The notes under the pieces are model-generated. The model did not search any database. It saw only the letters and a program-made list of their open reading frames with translations, and was not told the DNA's origin. Below are positions 54,763 through 64,000 of a DNA stretch of 64,000 nt, one piece after another. This DNA is from an uncultured Verrucomicrobiota bacterium (GTDB lineage: Bacteria; Verrucomicrobiota; Kiritimatiellia; CAIQIC01; Lenti-01), in the NCBI GenBank assembly GCA_937872095.1, contig CALMNW010000063.1:43-64042 (forward strand). Direction: 5' to 3'. The position numbers and the translations under genes are program-made. Positions within the stretch are counted from its first letter, which is position 1. Every line of letters begins with the position of its first letter.

Positions 54763-55911
54763 TTACGTGGGGACGACGAGATTGTCGCGGTGGATGACTT
54801 CGCCGGGGGCGGCATGGCCGAGGAGTTCGCGGATCTTGTCGGTTTTCAGGCCCTTGAGCAGGCGGACTTCGGCGCTGGAATATTCGGAGAGGCCTTGCGC
54901 GATGCGCCGGCCGGCCAGGTCGAGGACTTCGACGAGGTCGCCGGAGGCGAAATCGCCGGCGACGTCGCGGATGCCGACGGGCAGCAGGCTCTTGCCGCGC
55001 TTGAGCAGGGCGTCGCGGGCGCCGTCGTCCACGACGAGCTGGCCGTGGGCGTGGTGGAAGAACGCCACCCAGCGGCGGCGGTGGTTCAGCGCGCCGGTGG
55101 CGTCGGCCGTGCCGTCGGCGCCGGGGATCAGCGTGCCGACGTTGGCGCCGGCGACGATCTTCCGGAGAATGCCGTCCTTGCGGCCGTTGGCGATGACGAC
55201 GGGGGTGCCCATGCGGGCGGCTTCGATCGCGGAGGTCAGCTTGCTGGCCATGCCGCCGGTGGAAAACGCGCTGCCTTTGCCCTTCGCGTGCGCGAGGACG
55301 TCGGCCGTGACGTCGGGCAGGAAGGGGATGCGCCGGCTGCGGCCTTTGGCGTCGGTGGCGTGGAAGCCGTCGACGGTGGTCAGCAGCACGAGCAGGTCCG
55401 CTTCCAGCAGCATCGCGGAACGGGAACCGAGGGCGTCGTTGTCGCCGAACTTGATTTCATCGACGGAGACGACGTCGTTTTCGTTGATGACGGGGACGAC
55501 GTCGCATTCGAGCAGCTTGAGCAGGGTGTTGCGGGCGTTGAGATGGCGGCGGCGGTGTTCGAGATCGTCGTGGGTCAGCAAAACCTGGCCGATCCGGCAT
55601 TTTTTGCGGGTGAACAGCTTGTCGTAGGCGGCCATGAGGCGGGACTGCCCGACGGCGGCCGCCATCTGGAGGGTGGGGAGGTCCTCGGGCTTCTTTTTCA
55701 TGCCGAGGGCCTGCAGGCCGCAGGCGATGGCCCCGGAGGAAACGACGACGACCTCGCGGCCGTCGCGGCGCAAGGCGGCCAGATCGTCGACCAGCGCGGC
55801 CATGCGGCGGGCGTCGGGCCGCCCGTTGCGCTGCACGAGCACGCGGCTGCCGATCTTCACGACGACGCGCCGGGAAGACGACAGTTTTTTTCTGGCCGCT
55901 AGATGGGGCAT
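54763..55911 (-). CDS. proB: glutamate 5-kinase with PUA domain
   Basis: VVVKIGS, VSSGAI, AAVGQ..L, INENDVV, FGDND, TGGM.SK, SLLPVG, IHRDNLV. Confidence 0.97.
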   Translation of the reverse strand: MPHLAARKKLSSSRRVVVKIGSRVLVQRNGRPDARRMAALVDDLAALRRDGREVVVVSSGAIACGLQALGMKKKPEDLPTLQMAAAVGQSRLMAAYDKLFTRKKCRIGQVLLTHDDLEHRRRHLNARNTLLKLLECDVVPVINENDVVSVDEIKFGDNDALGSRSAMLLEADLLVLLTTVDGFHATDAKGRSRRIPFLPDVTADVLAHAKGKGSAFSTGGMASKLTSAIEAARMGTPVVIANGRKDGILRKIVAGANVGTLIPGADGTADATGALNHRRRWVAFFHHAHGQLVVDDGARDALLKRGKSLLPVGIRDVAGDFASGDLVEVLDLAGRRIAQGLSEYSSAEVRLLKGLKTDKIRELLGHAAPGEVIHRDNLVVPT

Positions 55912-56040
55912 GACGGGGGGCAGTCTGCCAAAAGGCGTCCGGAATGGAAAGAGGGGATTCCGGCGAGCCGCGATTCCCCGCGCAGGGAGGTGCATGGTTC
56001 GGGATTTGACAGCGCCGGCGGCGGGAGCGACAGTAGGGGC

Positions 56041-56982
56041 GTGAAAACGGAGGAAAATTTCCGCTATTTGTTCGGGCCGGTGCCGTCGCGGCGCCTGGGG
56101 CTGTCGCTGGGCGTGGACCTGAATCCGCTGAAGGTCTGCACCGAGAACTGCGTATTCTGCCAGGTGGCGCCGACGACGGAACTGACGGCGGCGCGCAAGG
56201 AATGGGTGCCGACGGCGGCGGTGCTGGCGGAGTTCGACCGTTGGCAGGCGGAAGGGCACCGGGCCGACTACGTCACCCTGTCGGGGTCGGGCGAGCCGAC
56301 CATGCATGCCGGGTTCGGCGACGTCCTGCGGCACGTGAAGGCCGTCGGGAAATTCAAGACGGCGCTGCTGAGCAACGGTTCTTTGATGTGGCTGCCGGAC
56401 GTGCGGCGGGACGCCGCGGAAGCAGACGTGGTGAAAGTGACCTTGAGCGCGTGGGACGAGGATTCGTTCCGGCGCATCCACCGGCCGGCGGCCGGGCTGA
56501 CGTTCGCGAAGCTGCTGGAGGGCGAGCGGGCGCTGCGCGCGGAGTACCGCGGAAAATTGTGGGTCGAAGTGATGTTGCTGCCGCGCTTCAACGATGCGCC
56601 GGAGCAGGTGCGGGCGATCGCGGAATTGGCGAAATCGCTGCGGCCGGATGCCGTGCACCTGAACACGACCACGCGGCCGGCGCTGGCGGGAGTGGACGTG
56701 CCGCGGGTGCCGGAGGCCTGGCTGCGCACGGTGGCGCCCTGGTTTTCGCCGGCGGCGGAGATCCCGGTGTTTTCGGGCCGGGCGGTTTCCCCGGCGAAGA
56801 TGACCGATGCCGCGCTGGTCGAACTGCTGGCGCGGCATCCCATCGCGATCGATGCGCTGGCGGCGGCCGCGGGAACGGAACCCATCGAGGTGGAACGGCG
56901 CGTAGCCGGCTTGGTCGCCGCGGGCCGATTGGCCATCGAAGACCGCGACGGCACGCGCATGGTGCGGGTGAATTTCGCATGA
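56041..56982 (+). CDS. radical SAM protein
   Basis: FGPVPSRRLG.SLGVDL, CTENCVFC, SGSGEPT; GTG start. Confidence 0.9.
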   Translation: MKTEENFRYLFGPVPSRRLGLSLGVDLNPLKVCTENCVFCQVAPTTELTAARKEWVPTAAVLAEFDRWQAEGHRADYVTLSGSGEPTMHAGFGDVLRHVKAVGKFKTALLSNGSLMWLPDVRRDAAEADVVKVTLSAWDEDSFRRIHRPAAGLTFAKLLEGERALRAEYRGKLWVEVMLLPRFNDAPEQVRAIAELAKSLRPDAVHLNTTTRPALAGVDVPRVPEAWLRTVAPWFSPAAEIPVFSGRAVSPAKMTDAALVELLARHPIAIDALAAAAGTEPIEVERRVAGLVAAGRLAIEDRDGTRMVRVNFA

Positions 56983-57257
56983 GCGCGGAGCCGCGGCAGG
57001 TACGGGTGCGCTACGAAGGGGAAGTCCAAGGGGTGGGTTTTCGCTATGTGGTGCGGGGGCTGGCGAACCAGCTGGGATTGACGGGCGGCGTCGAGAACCT
57101 CAACGACGGCGCGGTGCGGCTGGTGGCGGAAGGGCCGGAAGACGTGCTGAAACGGTTGCTGCTGCAGATCCGGACGTCGCGGCTGGGGCCGTACGTGTCG
57201 AGCGAGAAGGCGGAGTGGGGCGTTGCCCAGGGGCTGACGGGATTCTACTACCGCTAG
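56979..57257 (+). CDS. acyP: acylphosphatase
   Basis: GEVQGVGFRY...GGVENLNDGAV...AEG; ATGA overlap. Confidence 0.92.
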   Translation: MSAEPRQVRVRYEGEVQGVGFRYVVRGLANQLGLTGGVENLNDGAVRLVAEGPEDVLKRLLLQIRTSRLGPYVSSEKAEWGVAQGLTGFYYR

Positions 57258-58036
57258 GCGAATTCGCCCCGGAAGGAATGTTCCGCGGGACCGGCAAGGG
57301 TCAGGGGCGAGAGACCGACTTCCAAGACGTCGCCGCCGACGGTCGTCACGCGCACAGGGGCGCGGACGAGGCCGAGTTTTATCGCGATCCAGGCGGCGGC
57401 GACGATACCGGTTCCGCAGGCGAGGGTTTCGGCTTCGACGCCGCGCTCGTAGGTGCGGATGCGCAAGGCATCCGGGTCGGCGATCTGGATGAAATCGGCG
57501 TTGGTGCCGGCGGGGGCGAACAGGGCATGGCGGCGAATGAACGCGCCCAGGCCGGCGACGTCGACGGCGGCGAGATCGTCCACGAGGCAAACGGCATGGG
57601 GCACGCCGCTGTTGACGAAATGGAGGGGAAGGCTCGCGCGGTTCCGTTCGATGGACAGATTCAGGCGCTCGTCTTTCGGGGGCGGCAGATGGAGGCGGAC
57701 GCCGGCGGGCAGGATTTCGGCGCGGACGGTGCCGGCGGCGGTTTCGATGCGCATGTCGGCCGGCGCCGCGCCGATTTCGTGGGCGAGGCGGGCGATACAG
57801 CGCGCCCCGTTGCCGCACAGGTCGGCTTCCGAGCCGTCGGGATTGAAGAACCGCATGCGGAAATCGGCGGTGGCGGAAGGCTGGATGAGGAGCAAGCCGT
57901 CGGAACCGATGCCGCGGCGGCGGTCGCACAGCCGGACGATCCGGGCGGAATCCTGGACGGGAAACGCCAGGGCGCGATCATCCGCCAGAATGAAGTCGTT
58001 GCCGGCGCCGTGCATTTTCCAAAAGGGAGTGGACAT
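57254..58036 (-). CDS. dapF: diaminopimelate epimerase
   Basis: KMHGAGNDF, GIGSDG, CGNGARC, GVPH, N.DF, YERGVE.ETLACGTG. Confidence 0.97.
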   Translation of the reverse strand: MSTPFWKMHGAGNDFILADDRALAFPVQDSARIVRLCDRRRGIGSDGLLLIQPSATADFRMRFFNPDGSEADLCGNGARCIARLAHEIGAAPADMRIETAAGTVRAEILPAGVRLHLPPPKDERLNLSIERNRASLPLHFVNSGVPHAVCLVDDLAAVDVAGLGAFIRRHALFAPAGTNADFIQIADPDALRIRTYERGVEAETLACGTGIVAAAWIAIKLGLVRAPVRVTTVGGDVLEVGLSPLTLAGPAEHSFRGEFA

Positions 58037-58150
58037 GGGCCACACCTTGCCACGGGGGCGTTCGGAAGGCAAGATGTCGGGATGAACAGAGAGAAAAGCA
58101 GGATAAAGAAAGCCTGTCTGGCCGGGAAAACCGACCCGAAAAGGCCCAAT

Positions 58151-58180
58151 TCTGATCATAGTTAATTAACTATGATCAGA
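58151..58180. promoter_or_regulatory. perfect 30-bp palindrome in the dapF/trkA divergent intergenic region
   Basis: TCTGATCATAGTTAA|TTAACTATGATCAGA; function unknown. Confidence 0.55.
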
Positions 58181-58353
58181 TATGTAAATATTCATCACAT
58201 TGTAGGACAATGGATAATCATTTTAATAGCCATATTGGCATTTAAGGATTCAATGAATCCTCGCATGGGAGACCCCCAGAACGGGGCTTATCCTTGCAAG
58301 GGGGGGCGGGATTTGGATAATGGGCGGCGTTTGAAATAGGAAGCGGCGGAACC

Positions 58354-59700
58354 ATGCGCATTGTGATCATCGGCGGCGGCCAAACGGGCGCCCATCTGGC
58401 GGAGAAATTTTGCGAGGACGAACACGACGTGGTCGTGGTCGATGCTTCGGCCGAAGCGCTCGCGGATTTGAACGCCCATTTGGACCTGATGACCGTCCAG
58501 GGGGACGGCGCCAATCCCGCCGCGCTGGAAGAAGCCGATGTCGAACGGGCGGATATGGTTGTGGCGGTGACGGACCGGGACGACACGAACATCCTGGCCT
58601 GCATTTTCGCCCGGGCCCGCGGCGTGGGGCGCACGGTGGCCCGCGTCTCGTCGTCGGCCTATCTGACCAGCCGGCACATCGATTTCCGCAGTCTGGGCGT
58701 GGATCTGCTGGTGAACCAGTACGACGAATACGCCCGGGACCTCTACAACGTGCTGCGCCTGCCGGGCTCCATCGAGGTGGCCGATCTGCTGGACGACCGC
58801 GTGATGGTGGTGGGCATGTCGGTCCATATGGACAGTCCGTTGCTGGGCACGACGCTCAAGCTGTTCGGCGGCAAGGAATGGCTCCAGAAAATCCGCTTCA
58901 CGGCGGTGGTGCGGGGCGACGAGGTGATGACGCCGCACGGCGATACGACCTTCCTGGTGGGCGACGAAGTGTATTTCGCGGGCGAGCCGGACGCCATCGC
59001 CGATTTCATGCAGTGGGCCTGGCCGGAACAGCGGCGTTTCCAGCGCGTGGTGATCGCGGGCGGCGGCGAACTGGGCCTGCAGCTGGCGCGGATGCTGGAG
59101 CACACGCGCATGCAGATCGTGCTGATCGAACAGGAGGAGAAGCGGGCCGACTTCTGCTCGGCGCAGCTGAACCGCACGCTGGTGATCAAGGGCGACGCCC
59201 TCGACCAGGAAACGCTGGCGGGCATCGGCGAGGCGGGGGACATGGCCTACGTGGCGGCCACGGGCAGCGACGAACACAACATCATCGGCTGTCTGGTGGC
59301 GGAAAAGTTCGGCGCGCGCTTCACGGCCGCCCAGGTGGGCAAGAAGGAATACATCGGCATCATCAACCAGCTGCGCCTGCTGGACCGCATCGTCGATCCG
59401 CGCCTGGCGATGGTCAATTCCATCCTCCATTTCGTGCGCGGGAAGAACGTGCAGGCCGCGGCGATCTTGGCGCGGCTGCCCGGCGAACTCATCGAAATGC
59501 GGCTGTCGGCCAAGCACAAGTGGGCGGACAAGGCGATCAAGGACCTCAAGATTCCCGACGGGGTCATCATCGTGACCGCCTTGCGCAACGGACAGGTCAA
59601 GACGGCGACGGGCGATTTGGTCTTCGCGGCCGGAGACCGCGTGGTGGTCTATTGCCTGCCCGCCGCGCTGCCCAAAATGGAATCGCTCTTCACTTCCTGA
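58354..59700 (+). CDS. trkA: Trk K+ uptake NAD-binding subunit
   Basis: Tandem RCK domains: IVIIGGGQTG and VVIAGGGELG; AVT..D..N; adjacent to trkH. Confidence 0.95.
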   Translation: MRIVIIGGGQTGAHLAEKFCEDEHDVVVVDASAEALADLNAHLDLMTVQGDGANPAALEEADVERADMVVAVTDRDDTNILACIFARARGVGRTVARVSSSAYLTSRHIDFRSLGVDLLVNQYDEYARDLYNVLRLPGSIEVADLLDDRVMVVGMSVHMDSPLLGTTLKLFGGKEWLQKIRFTAVVRGDEVMTPHGDTTFLVGDEVYFAGEPDAIADFMQWAWPEQRRFQRVVIAGGGELGLQLARMLEHTRMQIVLIEQEEKRADFCSAQLNRTLVIKGDALDQETLAGIGEAGDMAYVAATGSDEHNIIGCLVAEKFGARFTAAQVGKKEYIGIINQLRLLDRIVDPRLAMVNSILHFVRGKNVQAAAILARLPGELIEMRLSAKHKWADKAIKDLKIPDGVIIVTALRNGQVKTATGDLVFAAGDRVVVYCLPAALPKMESLFTS

Positions 59701-59712
59701 GGCGCGCCCGCG

Positions 59713-61170
59713 ATGAATTTCAAGCCCGTATTCCACGTGATCGCCTGGCTGCTGGGGGTGGTCGCGCTGCTGATGGGCGGCTGCGGGCTGGTGTCGTTCC
59801 TGCACGGCGAGCCGCCCACCGCCTGGACGGCGCTGGTCTATGCCGCGGGCGGCACGCTGGCGGTGGCCGTTGTCCTGTGGCTTCTGACGCGCAATAGCCA
59901 AGAACTGTCGCGCCGGGACGGCCTGGGGGTGGTGACGTTCGGCTGGCTGTTCGCGGGGCTGGCGGGCGCGGTGCCCTTCGTGCTGTCCGGCACGATCGCC
60001 TCGCCGGTCGCGGCGGTGTTCGAGACGGTGTCCGGCATGACGACCACGGGCGCGTCGGTCATTCCGGTGCTGGAAGGCGTGCCGAAGGGGATTTTGCTTT
60101 GGCGGGCGCTGACGCAGTTCATCGGCGGCATGGGCGTGCTGGTGCTCGTGGTGGCGATCTTGCCGTTCGTGGGGGCCGGCGGCATGCAGCTTTACCGCGC
60201 GGAAATGCCGGGACCGACGAAGGACCGCATCGAACCGCGCGTGGCGTCCACCGCCAAGATGCTCTGGGGCGTCTACGTCATGCTGGTCGTCGTGCTCATC
60301 GTCCTGCTGCGGTTGGGCGGCCTGGATTGGTTCGACGCCGTTTGCCACTCTTTCACGACCATGGCGACGGGCGGATTTTCCACTCGGACGGCGAGCATCG
60401 CCGCCTTCGACAGCGTCTACGTCGAAACCGTCCTGACGGTTTTCATGCTGCTGGCCGGCATCAATTTCGCCCTGCACTACCGCCTGCTGCGCGGCGAAAC
60501 GGCCGTCTGGTGGAAGGACGGCGAGCTGCGGTTTTTCCTGGGCGCTTTCGCGCTGTTCGCGGCGGTGGGTACGCTGGTGCTGCACGCGGCCCGGTCCGCG
60601 GCGGGGCTGGACTGGGGCGGCGCCTTCCGGGAAGTGGCGTTCACCGGCGCGAGCCTCATGACCACGACGGGGTTCGCCACGGGCGACTACGACCGCTGGC
60701 CCATGCTGCTCAAGCCGCTGCTGATTTTGCTGATGCTGCTGGGCGGGTGCGCCGGCTCCACCGCCGGCGGCATCAAGGTCGGCCGCGTCCAGGTCATGCT
60801 CAAGGCCGTCGCGCGCGAAATCCGCCTGTTCATGCAGCCGCAGGCGGTCATTCCGGTCCGGGCCGGGCGCAAATCGCTGGAGGACGACGTGCTCCTGTCC
60901 ATCATGGGATTCGTGCTGCTGTATCTGTTCGTGCTGCTGCTCGGAGTGCTGGCACTGATCCCGTTCGTGCCGGATTGCCGCACGTCGTTTTCCGCGGTCG
61001 TCGCCTGCCTCAGCAACGTCGGGCCCGGATTCGCGGGGGTGGGGCCCACCCAGAACTACGCGTTCATTCCCGATGCGGGCAAGGCGATCTTGACGGCGTT
61101 GATGCTGATCGGCCGCCTGGAGCTCTACACGGTGCTGGCGATCTTCATGCCGGCGTTCTGGAGGAAGTGA
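59713..61170 (+). CDS. trkH: Trk K+ uptake membrane subunit
   Basis: FETVSGMTTTG, ATGGFS, TTTGF, GGCAGSTAGGIK, NVGPG, GRLE. Confidence 0.96.
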   Translation: MNFKPVFHVIAWLLGVVALLMGGCGLVSFLHGEPPTAWTALVYAAGGTLAVAVVLWLLTRNSQELSRRDGLGVVTFGWLFAGLAGAVPFVLSGTIASPVAAVFETVSGMTTTGASVIPVLEGVPKGILLWRALTQFIGGMGVLVLVVAILPFVGAGGMQLYRAEMPGPTKDRIEPRVASTAKMLWGVYVMLVVVLIVLLRLGGLDWFDAVCHSFTTMATGGFSTRTASIAAFDSVYVETVLTVFMLLAGINFALHYRLLRGETAVWWKDGELRFFLGAFALFAAVGTLVLHAARSAAGLDWGGAFREVAFTGASLMTTTGFATGDYDRWPMLLKPLLILLMLLGGCAGSTAGGIKVGRVQVMLKAVAREIRLFMQPQAVIPVRAGRKSLEDDVLLSIMGFVLLYLFVLLLGVLALIPFVPDCRTSFSAVVACLSNVGPGFAGVGPTQNYAFIPDAGKAILTALMLIGRLELYTVLAIFMPAFWRK

Positions 61171-61904
61171 TGGCGCGCGCGCCGTTTTTTCCCGCGTTGG
61201 GCGCGGAGGCGCCGTTGGCCGGCGTGCAGGTCCGCCAGACGCTGGCGCTCGGGCTCGTGCCCTTGGGCTTGGCGGTGCTGCTGATGGCGGCCGGCGCGCC
61301 GGAACCGCCCTCGCCGGGCTTGTGGGGCGGGGTGGGCGCCGCGCTCGGCGGGATGGCGCTGCTGTGGGGGCTGTGGCGCCGCTCGGGAGGCCGGTTCGTC
61401 CGCGGGTTTTCCACGGTCCACTACCTGGTCCGCTATCTGTTCGCCTGGCTGTGTCCGTTGCTGCTGTGGATCGTCTTCGGCGACATGATCCTCGATCTGG
61501 CCGGCGCCCTGCCGCCGATTTTCCTGGGCCTGCTCATGCTGGTCTATCCGCTCAGCCGCATTCTCCACGAGATCGTCGGACCCGATCCGCGGGTCGCCCC
61601 CCACGTCGAAATGGCCTACATCGTTTGCCGGCAGATCGAGATGGTCCTGCTCGTTTTTTCGATCGCCGGCCTGATTTCCGGCGCGGTCCTCGACGCCAAC
61701 CGCGATTATCCCACGGATCCGGCCCCCTTGCTGATCGTCATCTGGCTGCTGGCGCTGCTGGCGCTGCTGGCCGGCGCCATTCTGGGCGTATCCCACGGAG
61801 TCCGCCTGTTCACCCGGTCCGCGCCCCCGCAGCCTCTCGACGATCCGCCGCCGCCCCCGCCGGCTCCGGACCGGATCGTCCGGTTCGGGTCGGAGCGGTT
61901 CTGA
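61170..61904 (+). CDS. hypothetical integral membrane protein
   Basis: ATG overlaps the trkH stop; about 6 hydrophobic helices and a Pro-rich tail. Confidence 0.75.
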   Translation: MARAPFFPALGAEAPLAGVQVRQTLALGLVPLGLAVLLMAAGAPEPPSPGLWGGVGAALGGMALLWGLWRRSGGRFVRGFSTVHYLVRYLFAWLCPLLLWIVFGDMILDLAGALPPIFLGLLMLVYPLSRILHEIVGPDPRVAPHVEMAYIVCRQIEMVLLVFSIAGLISGAVLDANRDYPTDPAPLLIVIWLLALLALLAGAILGVSHGVRLFTRSAPPQPLDDPPPPPPAPDRIVRFGSERF

Positions 61905-61985
61905 CCGCGCCGGTTTTGTTTGCGCGCGGGGCGGCGCTCGCGTAGAGTCGCGGCTCGTCGATTTTTCAGGAAAAGGAGCGATCCA

Positions 61986-63773
<1,788 letters not shown>

Positions 63774-63780
63774 CAAGCCC

Positions 63781-63860
63781 AATATTCAATAATCAATATT
63801 CAATCTTCAATGTTCAAACACTTGATCATTGGACATTGAATATTGGATATTGAACATTGA
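63781..63860. repeat. AT-rich heptamer tandem array followed by its inverted array
   Basis: (AATATTC-like)x5 then (ATTGAAT/ATTGGAC-like)x4-5. Confidence 0.8.
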
Positions 63861-64000
63861 TGTCTTCATCCGGCCAGCTTGCGCTTCATGATCTCCGCTT
63901 CTCTTACGAATCGGCCGCCTGGGAGCTGCGCATTCCGGCGCTTTCATTCGGCGGCGAACCGCTTTGCGGCATCGTCGGCCCCAACGGCTCCGGCAAAAGC
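63860..64000 (+). CDS. ABC transporter ATP-binding protein (5' part, runs off the window)
   Basis: MSSSGQLALHDLRFSY...GIVGPNGSGKS (Walker A); not in the ORF track. Confidence 0.85.
   Translation, partial: MSSSGQLALHDLRFSYESAAWELRIPALSFGGEPLCGIVGPNGSGKS

Overview
High-GC bacterial chromosome segment. The gene and protein styles suggest a PVC-superphylum organism (Kiritimatiellia/Verrucomicrobia-like); this is inference. Housekeeping blocks: ahcY-rlmN and glyS at the left; gspG-like, amaP, gmhA, pfkB, cls, TRAP dctPQM-usp, proBA, radical SAM-acyP, dapF, trkAH, aspS and a truncated ABC ATPase at the right. Between them (about 5.4-44.8 kb) is an accessory tract. It holds large secreted proteins sharing a C-terminal domain, three fibre/adhesin-like proteins, hicAB, GH18, PLD, a 2-keto-acid decarboxylase, a crtI module and many intergenic repeat families. 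The best candidate for an undescribed system is an AT-rich island (about 36.2-40.3 kb). It encodes a sodium:solute-symporter-like protein translationally coupled to a TIR/DUF4062-like + EgtD-type methyltransferase fusion, a convergent FRG-domain gene, and remnants resembling SIR2 and HNH genes. No rRNA, tRNA, CRISPR array or intact integrase/transposase was seen. All family calls come from motif recognition by eye, not database searches.
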